From assembly GCA_017962315.1 (NCBI GenBank), contig JAGCVN010000118.1, positions 492-64,491 on the forward strand: DNA of 64,000 nucleotides, written 5' to 3'. Below the pieces are notes generated by a model that saw only the letters and a list, made by a program, of their open reading frames with translations, ran no database searches and had not been told where the DNA came from. Numbering within the stretch: position 1 is the first letter of the stretch; each line of letters starts with the position of its first letter. The stretch is from Kiritimatiellia bacterium. Lineage in GTDB: Bacteria; Verrucomicrobiota; Kiritimatiellia; RFP12; UBA1067. Made by a program: the position numbers and the translations under genes. Positions 36,106 through 45,201 of this stretch are shown here, in pieces.

Positions 36106-37218
36106 TCAATCAAGCCCTTTGAATGCGCCAATCAGCCGCAAGACGGCGGATTGTTTCATGCGGATCGCCCCCTTCGGACAGACTTCGTGGCAGCACGCAC
36201 AACCAATACAGGCTTTCGCGTCGAGACGGGGCACGGAGGCATCCGCCCGCAAAGCCAAGGCCGACGCGGGGCAGGCTTGTGCGCACTTACCGCAGCGGAC
36301 ACAGGGGCCGGGCACAAAGGCGGGCCGTACCCAGAGCAGACGCGAGGCCACATGTACGAGCCAGGCCGGAAGCAGGTCGAGCAGATGCGAACCAGAAGGG
36401 ATTTCAAAGGAAGGGACGCTCACGTCGTCGCCCAAAACCTCGGGGGTGTGCGCGGTCTCGCATCCCTTCAGATAGGGAACCGTCGAGGGACGGAGGTGCA
36501 GGATACCGCAGAGCGCAGTATCGAGCGCGAAGGGATCGTCCGATGCGGCGAGAAATCCCAACCGGACCGGTTTCCCGTTTGAAGGCCCCTGCCCTTCCAT
36601 CCCGACCACCGCATCCGCTAGGCTCACCGCCGGCGGCAGCACGTTCCAGATCGCCTGCAGGAGACGCCCGAAGGTTTCGGGTTTGGGATACAGGCGGTGG
36701 AGGGTCGTTTTGCTGTACCCCGGAACCGCCCCGTAGAGGTTTTTCACGGCGGCGGTGAGTTTCGTCAGGGAATGGCTTTTGACCTTCGGGAGGTTGACGA
36801 GCAGATCGGCCTCCACCACGGGTTTCGCGAGCAGGAAGGAAAAGCCGTCTTGCTCGAAGTTACGGACTCCGCCTTGCTCGAACGAGACGAACGGGACACC
36901 TTCTTCTTCGCAGACCGCGCCGATCCCCGAACGCTCCAAGGTGACTTTGAGGTTCGCCGTGCTGGCGGGGCTGTCGCCGACGGAGACGACCGCGCCGGCT
37001 GCCTTAAGCCGACGGATCACGAGACGCACAAGCGAGGGGTGCGTCGTCACCGCCTGTTCAGGAAGGCGGTCGGTGAGCAGGTTCGGCTTGACCAACACGC
37101 GCTTGCCGCACAACGCGGCAGCATCGAAGAGCCCGCTCGCGGCGGCAAGGCGTTCAAACGCTTCGGGAAGCGCGATCTCGTAATCGGGGCAACGGACAAC
37201 ATGGACGGCGTGTTTCAT
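36106..37218 (-). CDS. DUF362 domain protein with a C-terminal 2x[4Fe-4S] ferredoxin domain
   Basis: VLVKPNLL near the N-terminus. C-terminal CVRCGKCAQACP and CIGCACCHEVCP. Confidence 0.75.
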   Translation of the reverse strand: MKHAVHVVRCPDYEIALPEAFERLAAASGLFDAAALCGKRVLVKPNLLTDRLPEQAVTTHPSLVRLVIRRLKAAGAVVSVGDSPASTANLKVTLERSGIGAVCEEEGVPFVSFEQGGVRNFEQDGFSFLLAKPVVEADLLVNLPKVKSHSLTKLTAAVKNLYGAVPGYSKTTLHRLYPKPETFGRLLQAIWNVLPPAVSLADAVVGMEGQGPSNGKPVRLGFLAASDDPFALDTALCGILHLRPSTVPYLKGCETAHTPEVLGDDVSVPSFEIPSGSHLLDLLPAWLVHVASRLLWVRPAFVPGPCVRCGKCAQACPASALALRADASVPRLDAKACIGCACCHEVCPKGAIRMKQSAVLRLIGAFKGLD

Positions 37219-37982
37219 ACACGAATTCCGGAAAACGCCCGCCCCACATCGGGGACGGCGGCGAGCAGGGTGCGGGTGTACGGGTGCTCCGGCGTCTCCA
37301 GCACGTTGTCGGTTTTACCGGTTTCGACGAATTCGCCCCCGTGCATCACGCAGACACGGTCGCAAATGGTGCGGACGACGGCGAGGTCGTGCGAGATGAG
37401 CAGGACGCCCAGGTTTAATTCCCGCTGCAGCGTGCGCATGAGGTTCAGGATGCGCGCCTGCACGGAAACGTCCAGCGCGCTCACCGGTTCATCGGCAAGC
37501 AGGATGCGCGGTTTCAGGGCAAGGCACCTAGCGAAACTCACGCGCTGGCACTGCCCCCCGCTGATTTCGCGGGGATACGCCCCCAGCACTTTTCCGGGAA
37601 GTCCCACCAAGTCCAACAGTTCCCCGATCCGTGCCTCCGTCTCGCCGGGGGAGGTCATCCGGTGGACACGCAATACTTCTTCCAGCGTCTGGCGGACGGT
37701 CATGCGCGGGTTCAGCGATCCAGCCGCATCTTGGAAAACCATCTGGATGTCGCGTGGATGCCGTCCGGTCTGGGGATGGCCGTCCAGTAGGACTTCCCCC
37801 GAAGCCGGCGCAAGCAGTCCGATAATCGCCTTCGCAAGCGAAGATTTCCCGCACCCGCTCTCACCGACAATGCCGAGCGCCTGCCCTGCGTCCAGCTGGA
37901 ACGAAACACCTTTGACCGCCTCGACCGGCTTGTGTCCGGGGACACGGTAGGTGACACGGAGGTCGTTGACGGTTAACAGCAT
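37215..37982 (-). CDS. Oligopeptide/dipeptide-type ABC transporter ATP-binding protein (OppF/DppF-like)
   Basis: Walker A GESGCGKSS, signature ISGGQCQR, Walker B ILLADEP. Confidence 0.85.
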   Translation of the reverse strand: MLLTVNDLRVTYRVPGHKPVEAVKGVSFQLDAGQALGIVGESGCGKSSLAKAIIGLLAPASGEVLLDGHPQTGRHPRDIQMVFQDAAGSLNPRMTVRQTLEEVLRVHRMTSPGETEARIGELLDLVGLPGKVLGAYPREISGGQCQRVSFARCLALKPRILLADEPVSALDVSVQARILNLMRTLQRELNLGVLLISHDLAVVRTICDRVCVMHGGEFVETGKTDNVLETPEHPYTRTLLAAVPDVGRAFSGIRV

Positions 37983-38959
37983 GGCGCCCCCCCTTCAACA
38001 GGACACGGATGGTGACAGGCGCAGAGGCGTTTATCGCCCAACGGTTTGTCACAGGGAACTTCGGTCCGGCAGAGGTCGTCCGCCCTTTCGCAACGCGGCG
38101 AAAAGACGCACCCTTGCGGCCAGGCGTCCGGCGAAGGCACCGTGCCGGGAATGTCGTGCAGCGCCTGTTCGCGCGGCGCATCGAGCCGAGGCACGGCGGC
38201 GAGCAGCCCTTCCGTGTACGGGTGGCCCGGTGCAGTCAGGACGTCGCGGACGGGACCGCTCTCCGCCATTCCTCCGCCGTACATGACGTAGACGCGTTCC
38301 ATGCGCCCCGCGACAAGCCCGAGGTTGTGCGTGATGAGGAGGACGGCCATCCCGTATTTCGCGGAAAGACGGTCGATCAAATCCAGCACGCGCTGCTGCG
38401 TGGTGACGTCGAGCGCGGTCGTCGGTTCGTCGGCGATCAACAGTTTCGGCCGCTGTGCGAGGGCGACGGCAAGCATCACGCGCTGCTGCTGCCCGCCGCT
38501 CATTTCGCACGGATAGGCGCGCGCCATGCGCGGGGGATCCGGAAGCCCCGTCTCTTCCAGCAGCTTTTCGGACAACGCGATCCGTTCCGCCTTGGACATC
38601 CTACCGCACGTTTCGGTGATCTGCCGGTAGACCCGCATGACGGGATTGAGGCTCGCCGTCGAATCCTGAAAGACGTAGGCGATCCCGTGGCCGCGTACCG
38701 CCAGAAGGCGGGATTCGGACGCGGTGAGCAGGTTTTCCCCGCAGAACAGGATTTCGCCTTTCAATTCGGCGCGATCGGTGGGCGGAAGCCGTGTGACGGA
38801 CATCGCGGTGAGGCTTTTGCCGCACCCGCTCTCGCCGACGACCGCCACGCGCTCCCCGGCGTAGACTGTCAACGACGCATCGCGCACCGGAACCGTGATT
38901 TTACCGTCGCGCTGAAACGAGACGGAAAGGCGGCGGATTTCCAGGACTTTCTCGCGCAT
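37973..38959 (-). CDS. Oligopeptide/dipeptide-type ABC transporter ATP-binding protein (OppD/DppD-like)
   Basis: Walker A GESGCGKSL, signature MSGGQQQR, Walker B LLIADEPTTALD, plus the C-terminal Cys-rich Opp tail. Confidence 0.85.
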   Translation of the reverse strand: MREKVLEIRRLSVSFQRDGKITVPVRDASLTVYAGERVAVVGESGCGKSLTAMSVTRLPPTDRAELKGEILFCGENLLTASESRLLAVRGHGIAYVFQDSTASLNPVMRVYRQITETCGRMSKAERIALSEKLLEETGLPDPPRMARAYPCEMSGGQQQRVMLAVALAQRPKLLIADEPTTALDVTTQQRVLDLIDRLSAKYGMAVLLITHNLGLVAGRMERVYVMYGGGMAESGPVRDVLTAPGHPYTEGLLAAVPRLDAPREQALHDIPGTVPSPDAWPQGCVFSPRCERADDLCRTEVPCDKPLGDKRLCACHHPCPVEGGAPCC

Positions 38960-38973
38960 ACGTCCGGTCCGTT

Positions 38974-40458
38974 TTACTTGTCCTTCATCTGCGGGAAGAG
39001 AATCACGTCGCGGATGACCTCCGTACCGGTGAGCATCATCACCAGACGGTCGATGCCCATCCCCATTCCACCCGTCGGCGGCATGCCGTGCTCGAGCGCG
39101 AGGATGAAATCCTCGTCAATCTTCTCGGTATCCTCGCCCGCCTGGTTCTCCAGCGCCTTACGCTGTTCAAAGGGATCGTTCTGCTCGGTGTAACCGGGGC
39201 AGAGTTCCTTGCCGGCGACGACGAACTCGAAGACATCCACGAGGGAGGGATCGTCCGGGCAGGTTTTCGCCAGCGGCACGAACTGATGCGGGATTCGAGT
39301 GACGAACGTCGGTTGACGGAGCGTTTTCTCGATGAGTTTGTCGTAGACTTCGTGCGTGAGCAGCAGCATATTCCACGCGGGATCGATAAACGCCAGCCCC
39401 TTCTCCTCCGCCTTCGCTTTCGCGGTCTCCAGCGGCAGGTCGAACCAGTCGTCCCCCATCAACCCTTTCACCAAGTCGCTGTAGGCGACCTCGCGGTACG
39501 GCGGCTTGAAATTCAAGATTTCGCCCGCCTCGCCGTATTTCACCTCGTAGGTACCCAGCACCTTTTCGCAGAGGCGCGGAAGCATTCCCTCGATGATCGC
39601 CTTCATGGAGGTGCGGTCGCCGTACGCCTCGTAGATTTCGAGAACGGTGAACTCCGGGTTGTGCGAACGGTCGATTCCCTCGTTGCGGAAGTCTTTGCCG
39701 AGTTCAAACACTTTGTCGAACCCGCCGACGATGAGGCGCTTCAAGTAGAGTTCCGGCGCGATGCGCATCACCATATCGCGGTCGAGCGCGTTGTAGTGCG
39801 TGAAGAACGGCTTCGCCGCCGCGCCGCCCGCCTGGCCCTGCATCATCGGCGTTTCGACTTCCATGAAACCGCGCTCTTGAAGGTAGGCGCGGATTTCGGC
39901 GAGGATTTGACTCCGCTTCACGAAACGGTCGCGAGATTCCTTGCTCATCATCAGGTCGAGATAGCGTTTGCGGTAACGGTCCTCGATGTCCTGCAACCCG
40001 TGGAACTTCTCAGGCGGCTGCTGGATGGCCTTGCTGAGCAGCGACCAGGAATGGACTTCAATCGTCATCTCGCCGGTCTTCGTCTCGAAGAGGCGGCCTT
40101 CGACCCCGATGAAGTCGCCGATATCCAGCAGTTTGAACGCCTTGAACGCCTCTTCGGTGAGGAGATCCTTCTTGAAGAAAACCTGGAAACTGTCCGTTCC
40201 GTCCATGATGTGCGCGAACGCGGCCTTGCCCATGCGGCGGCAAGTCATCAGGCGCCCCGCCGCACGGACGGTCTTGTCCACCGCGAAGTCGCGGCGGATT
40301 TCGGAGAGCCGGGTGCGTTCGAACGCGCGCCCGAACGGCTCGTACCCCAGTTCCGCCAACGCCTTCATGTTGGCGATCCGCTGGTCGCGGTATTCGTTGG
40401 TTTCCGGCGCTTTCGCGGGCACGGCGGCCGGTTTCGCTTCAGATGCTTCGTTTGCCAT
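38974..40458 (-). CDS. lysS: Lysine--tRNA ligase (class II)
   Basis: OB-fold N-domain and class II motifs (FRNEG, GMGMGIDRLVM). Confidence 0.92.
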   Translation of the reverse strand: MANEASEAKPAAVPAKAPETNEYRDQRIANMKALAELGYEPFGRAFERTRLSEIRRDFAVDKTVRAAGRLMTCRRMGKAAFAHIMDGTDSFQVFFKKDLLTEEAFKAFKLLDIGDFIGVEGRLFETKTGEMTIEVHSWSLLSKAIQQPPEKFHGLQDIEDRYRKRYLDLMMSKESRDRFVKRSQILAEIRAYLQERGFMEVETPMMQGQAGGAAAKPFFTHYNALDRDMVMRIAPELYLKRLIVGGFDKVFELGKDFRNEGIDRSHNPEFTVLEIYEAYGDRTSMKAIIEGMLPRLCEKVLGTYEVKYGEAGEILNFKPPYREVAYSDLVKGLMGDDWFDLPLETAKAKAEEKGLAFIDPAWNMLLLTHEVYDKLIEKTLRQPTFVTRIPHQFVPLAKTCPDDPSLVDVFEFVVAGKELCPGYTEQNDPFEQRKALENQAGEDTEKIDEDFILALEHGMPPTGGMGMGIDRLVMMLTGTEVIRDVILFPQMKDK

Positions 40459-40470
40459 GGTGGAGTTCCT

Positions 40471-42585
40471 TTACCGGGGACGATTGTTACGATGGTTGAA
40501 ACGGCCACCGCCGCCGGGGCGCTTCTTGAAACCGCCGCGACCGCCACCGCCGCCGAAACGCGGACGGTAACCGTCCTGACCGCCGAAACTGGTACTGAAC
40601 CCGCCTTCATCGCCGCGCCGGTCGTCGCGGTCGCGGAAATCGCGGCGCGGACGGTCGTCGCCGTGGAACGGACGGTCGCTGTGACGTCCGCCGCGCCGGT
40701 CGTCGCGGTCGCGGAAAGGACGGCGCGGACGATCGTCGCGGTCGCGGAAATCGCGGCTGTCGCGGTCGCGGAAGGGACGGCGCGGGCGGTCGTCGTAACG
40801 GCCGCCGCCCCGGTCGTCGCGGTCGCGGAACGGGCGGCGCGGACGCCGGGGGGACTCGTCGCGGTCACGCGAATCGTCGTCATCATAACGTCCGCCGCGC
40901 GGCATCGGGTCGCCGGGCAGATGGTGGCCGTTCGAGCGATAGGGTTTGGCGTACCAGGGTTCCTTTTCCGCTTTCGCAGGAGGGTCCTCCGGGGCGTGAG
41001 TCGGCGCGGGGAGATCCGCCGGTTCGGGGGCAGGGACAGCCGCTTCCTCGGAGGGCACCGCATCCGGCGGTGGAACGAAGCGGGATTCTTTCTCGTTATT
41101 CGTCATGGTCTTGGTTTCCTGTGGACGTTCCTCTTCCAGTACGTCCCGTTCACGTTTATGAAAATCCTTCTGCATCCGTCCTTTGTTGCTGGGAAGGCGT
41201 TCACGGCGGTCTTTGCGGTCGCGAGACTTGCGTCCCGCACCCTTGCCGCGCATCCATTCCGGCGGGGGAAGCCCGTCTTCCGCCTTTCCGGCCGCCCGTT
41301 CGGCGGTCTCGGAATGGTAGGGCTGGTTGCGGTCGATCTCGATCTCCTTCTTGATCATGCGCTCGATGGCGCGGAGCAGGCCGCGCTCGTCCGCACTGAC
41401 GAAGGAGATCGCCGCGCCGGAAGCCCCGGCGCGCGCCGTACGCCCGATCCGGTGTACGTAGGACTCCGTCTCCTCCGGAAGGTCGTAGTTGAAAACATGG
41501 GTGATGTTGTCCACGTCGATGCCGCGAGAGGCGATGTCCGTCGCGACCAGCACGCGCGTCTTGCCCTTCTTGAAAGCCGCCAGCGCGCGTGTCCGCATGG
41601 CTTGCGTCTTGTCGCTGTGGATCGCGTCGGATTTGATCTCGGCCTCGGCGAGTTTGCGGACAATCTTGTCTGCGCCGTGGCGCGTCCGGGCGAAGACCAG
41701 CACCTTCTCATATTCCGGATGCGTGTGCAGGATGTGGATGAGCAGGTTGCACTTGTTCCCTTTGTCGACGAACATGAGCTGCTGGTTGATTTTGTCCACC
41801 GTCGGCTGGTCGGGAGAAATCTCGATCGTCACGGGATCCTTCACGAGCGTTTGCGCGAGTTTCATGACCTCCTTGGAGAGGGTCGCCGAGAAGAACTGCG
41901 AATGGCGCTTGTCGGGAAGGAAGGCGATCACCTTCTTGATGTCGGGCAGGAACCCCATGTCCAGCATCCGGTCGGCCTCGTCCAGCACAAACTCTTCGAT
42001 CTTGTCTAGAAAGGCATACTTCTGCTGCATCAGGTCGAACAGGCGGCCGGGAGTCGCGATGACGATTTCCGCGCCTTTGGTCAATGCCTTGACTTGCGCC
42101 GCCTGGCTGACGCCGCCGAAGACGACGGCGAACTGCGTGCCGAGGAACTTGCCGTAATCGGCGCAGCACTGCGCGATCTGCGCGGCAAGCTCGCGCGTCG
42201 GCGCAAGAACGAGCGCGCGGGGATGCTTGGGTTCGATCTCCTTCGGATTCGCCGCGAGGCGGTGCAGGATCGGCAAAAGGAACGCGGCGGTCTTGCCCGT
42301 ACCCGTCTGCGCACAACCGAGCAGGTCGCGCCCTTCCAACAGGACGGGAATGGACCGTTCCTGGATGGGCGTCGGCGCGAGATAACCGTCTTCCGCAACG
42401 GCGTGCTGAATCAACGGATTCAACGTCCCGAACGCATTCTCGGCGAAGGCCTCCGGAAGCTCGCCCTTGGGGACGGGAATCTTCACGGGGGCGTCGTGTT
42501 CGGCGAGTCCGGGATGGCGGTTCTTCCTGCGACGGAACGGACGGCGCCCTTTCCCCGGGCGCTTAACTGAGTGGTCTGTATGCAT
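40471..42585 (-). CDS. DEAD-box ATP-dependent RNA helicase with a long Arg/Asp/Gly-rich repetitive C-terminal tail
   Basis: Q-motif TPIQ, AQTGTGKTAAF, VLDEADRMLD, SAT, HRIGRTARAG. Start at the internal ATG 42585. Confidence 0.9.
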   Translation of the reverse strand: MHTDHSVKRPGKGRRPFRRRKNRHPGLAEHDAPVKIPVPKGELPEAFAENAFGTLNPLIQHAVAEDGYLAPTPIQERSIPVLLEGRDLLGCAQTGTGKTAAFLLPILHRLAANPKEIEPKHPRALVLAPTRELAAQIAQCCADYGKFLGTQFAVVFGGVSQAAQVKALTKGAEIVIATPGRLFDLMQQKYAFLDKIEEFVLDEADRMLDMGFLPDIKKVIAFLPDKRHSQFFSATLSKEVMKLAQTLVKDPVTIEISPDQPTVDKINQQLMFVDKGNKCNLLIHILHTHPEYEKVLVFARTRHGADKIVRKLAEAEIKSDAIHSDKTQAMRTRALAAFKKGKTRVLVATDIASRGIDVDNITHVFNYDLPEETESYVHRIGRTARAGASGAAISFVSADERGLLRAIERMIKKEIEIDRNQPYHSETAERAAGKAEDGLPPPEWMRGKGAGRKSRDRKDRRERLPSNKGRMQKDFHKRERDVLEEERPQETKTMTNNEKESRFVPPPDAVPSEEAAVPAPEPADLPAPTHAPEDPPAKAEKEPWYAKPYRSNGHHLPGDPMPRGGRYDDDDSRDRDESPRRPRRPFRDRDDRGGGRYDDRPRRPFRDRDSRDFRDRDDRPRRPFRDRDDRRGGRHSDRPFHGDDRPRRDFRDRDDRRGDEGGFSTSFGGQDGYRPRFGGGGGRGGFKKRPGGGGRFNHRNNRPR
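40606..40872 (-). repeat. Imperfect in-frame tandem repeats encoding (R)PRRPFRDRDDR units
   Basis: The DNA unit gtcgtcgcggtcgcggaa(a/g)ggacggcgcgg recurs at least 4 times, giving peptide RPRRPFRDRDDRGGGRYDDRPRRPFRDRDSRDFRDRDDRPRRPFRDRDDRRGG. Confidence 0.8.
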
Positions 42586-42638
42586 TTGGCGAAGACTATA
42601 GCCCGAAAAGTGGGTATCCGTCAAGAAAATGCAGAAAC

Positions 42639-44762
42639 TTACAGGCTTTCTGCAAGGACTTCGGCGATGTGGCTTACGGCAACGGGGAGGCCGGCCCGAT
42701 CGGCGCCTCCTTTGAGCTGCATCGCGCACCCAGGACAGTCAAGAGCCAGCCGGGAAGCGCCGGATGCCGCGACGTTCGCGAGTTTCTTCCGCATCAGTTC
42801 CGCCGAGATCTCCGGGAACTTCGCGGAAAACGTGCCGCCGAATCCGCAACAGCTCTCCTCCTCGTTTGACGGCACGTATTCCACCGCCCGGCGTAAGAGC
42901 GCGCGCGGAGCCTCGCGTACCCCCAACGCCTTGCAAAGGTGGCAGCTCGCGTGATACGCCACCTTCTCCGTCCGCCGCGTGAACGGCAAGACTTCCGGCG
43001 GCAGGTATTTGTGGACAAACGAACTGAAGTCCATGACTTTCGCAGAGAAGGATTCCGCCTCTGCGCCGAGCATCCGGAGATAGCCGTGCTTCAGATGCGA
43101 CGCACAACTGGCGCACAGCGTCACGATCGCGTCACAGTCTTCCGCAAACGCCTTGATGTTCTGCCGCGCCACGCGCTCGGCCGTCTTGGCCTCGCCGAGC
43201 ATCGTCAACGGAAGCCCGCAGCAAGTCTGGTCTACCGGAAACTCGACCGCCACCCCTCCGGCGGCAAAGACCTTCAATGCGGCGAGCAGATGTTCCGGGT
43301 AGACGAAATCCTGTGCGCATCCGGCGAAGAGGGCGACCTTGAGGCGCGGCTTCTCCACGACCGGTTTCACCTCCGCCCACAGTGCGCGGAAAGGTTTCGG
43401 CGCAAACGCGGGCAGCGATTTGAACCCCTGCCTTCCGTAGAGCGCCAACGGGAGGTGGCGGATAAAACCGTCTTTCCCCGCAACGGGTTTCTGGGCAAAC
43501 CGCATGAAACCGAGCAACTTGTGGAAAAGGCGCCTGTCTCCCATCGCGAAAGCGGCGAGCTTCGACGGGAGCGGCGAACCGTCCTCTTGCGCGAAGCGGG
43601 CGCGGATTTCCTGAATGAGGGCGGGCAGGTCGATCCCCCCGGAGCAGACTTCTTTGCACGCGCCGCAACCGACGCAGTTCTGGCAGAGCTGCTTGGCGAT
43701 GGCGCGGTCGTGGAACAGATAGGTCAAGACAAGGCCGATCGCGCCGATGTAGACGTGCCCCATGCGGTGTCCCCCCACAAGGCGGAACACGGGGCAGACG
43801 TTCGCGCAGGCGCCGCAACGGACACAGCGGAAGACCTGCGCGAACAAAGGATCGCGCGCAACGCGGGAACGCCCGTTGTCGAGGAAAACAATATGCAGGA
43901 TCTTGCGCCCGCCGGGCGCCTTCGTGCAGGGCACGGTGCCGGACAGGAAGGTCGTGTAGGCGGTGAGCCGCTGCGACGTGGCGTTGCGCGGAAGGACGCG
44001 TAACGCCGAGAGGACATCGTCGAGCGAGGGTACGAGCTTGTCGAGTCCGGCAAGCACCACATGCACCGGGGGAAGCGTGTTCACGAGGCTTCCGTTTCCC
44101 TCGTTGGTGACGATCGTGACCGTGCCGGTCTCGGCGATGCAGAAGTTGGCGCCGGTGATCCCCATGTCGGCCTCGAAAAACTTCGGGCGCAATTCGCGCC
44201 GCGCCACTTTGACGAGCCGCTGCACGTCCTCGTGATCCTGTTTCTCGCCGGTCGCCTTCTCGAATTCGTCGGCGACTTGGCCGCGCGAGAGATGGATCGC
44301 CGGCATGACCATGTGGGAAGGCCCCTCGTGACGGAGCTGCACGATCCATTCGCCAAGGTCGGTCTCCTGCACTTCGATGCCGCTTTTTTCCAGATGGGCG
44401 TTTAACCCGATTTCCTCGGCGGTCATGGACTTCGACTTCACGATCCGCTTCACGTTGTTCCCGGCGGCGATGCGGGCGATGATCGCACACGCTTCGGCGG
44501 CGGTTTCCGCACGGTGTACGACAGCCCCGCGCGCCTCTGCCTCGCTTTTGAAACGGGTATAAAGGGATTCCAGGTCACGGGCGGCCGCGTCTTTCATGTC
44601 GGCGATGGCACGGATGAGAGACGGTCCGTCAACCTCCCGGAAAACACGGTCGCGGCTTTCACGGTATTCGACGGCGAACCGGTCCAACGTGCGCCGGAGG
44701 AAGGTGTCGTCCAAGGCTTCTGCGATTTCGCGATGATAGACGCGGGATGACGATGTGTTCAT
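42639..44762 (-). CDS. Fused LutB-LutA-like lactate-utilisation Fe-S oxidoreductase (LUD domain + 2x[4Fe-4S] + CCG domains)
   Basis: CVRCGACANVCP and CVGCGACKEVC ferredoxin motifs. C-terminal CCG repeats (QTCCG, ESCCGFGG). The length is about the sum of LutB and LutA. Confidence 0.8.
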   Translation of the reverse strand: MNTSSSRVYHREIAEALDDTFLRRTLDRFAVEYRESRDRVFREVDGPSLIRAIADMKDAAARDLESLYTRFKSEAEARGAVVHRAETAAEACAIIARIAAGNNVKRIVKSKSMTAEEIGLNAHLEKSGIEVQETDLGEWIVQLRHEGPSHMVMPAIHLSRGQVADEFEKATGEKQDHEDVQRLVKVARRELRPKFFEADMGITGANFCIAETGTVTIVTNEGNGSLVNTLPPVHVVLAGLDKLVPSLDDVLSALRVLPRNATSQRLTAYTTFLSGTVPCTKAPGGRKILHIVFLDNGRSRVARDPLFAQVFRCVRCGACANVCPVFRLVGGHRMGHVYIGAIGLVLTYLFHDRAIAKQLCQNCVGCGACKEVCSGGIDLPALIQEIRARFAQEDGSPLPSKLAAFAMGDRRLFHKLLGFMRFAQKPVAGKDGFIRHLPLALYGRQGFKSLPAFAPKPFRALWAEVKPVVEKPRLKVALFAGCAQDFVYPEHLLAALKVFAAGGVAVEFPVDQTCCGLPLTMLGEAKTAERVARQNIKAFAEDCDAIVTLCASCASHLKHGYLRMLGAEAESFSAKVMDFSSFVHKYLPPEVLPFTRRTEKVAYHASCHLCKALGVREAPRALLRRAVEYVPSNEEESCCGFGGTFSAKFPEISAELMRKKLANVAASGASRLALDCPGCAMQLKGGADRAGLPVAVSHIAEVLAESL

Positions 44763-44766
44763 GATG

Positions 44767-45201
44767 TCAATCCTCCACAAGAATGATGGTGAGTTCAAGG
44801 GGACCGTGGACGCCGACGGCGCTCACGCGCTCAATGTCGGCCGTACGGCTCGGCCCTGTGATGAACGAGGTACACGTGGCGCATCCGGCGGACTGGCGCT
44901 CGCGGAGGAAGGGGGCGAGGTCGGGGAGGTCGGGGACGAGATCGGAAGTCCGCAATACGATGACGCTCACCTCGGGAACCAAGGTGGCCAGCCGGGTCGC
45001 CTCTTCGTCCGCCTCCACCACACACGTGCCGGTGGAGGCGATGCCGCGAGCGGCATGGATGACATCGACGGAAAAACCGGAAACACCGGCACGTTCACGT
45101 TCGCGCGCGACAACCGCGTCCGCCTCCGTACCGGAACGCACGCGCACCACCTTCGCCGAAACCGCCTCGGCCCGTTCAACAAATTGCTCGATCATGGTCA
45201 T
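44767..45201 (-). CDS. lutC: LUD-domain protein (LutC-like)
   Basis: 144 aa, located directly upstream of the lutB-like gene, with the ...GPSRTADIE... LUD pattern. Confidence 0.6.
   Translation of the reverse strand: MTMIEQFVERAEAVSAKVVRVRSGTEADAVVARERERAGVSGFSVDVIHAARGIASTGTCVVEADEEATRLATLVPEVSVIVLRTSDLVPDLPDLAPFLRERQSAGCATCTSFITGPSRTADIERVSAVGVHGPLELTIILVED

Noticed and set aside
39088-42009. 973-aa plus-strand ORF
   Set aside because: It is antisense to lysS and the DEAD-box helicase, both of which have unmistakable motifs. It is a high-GC artefact.
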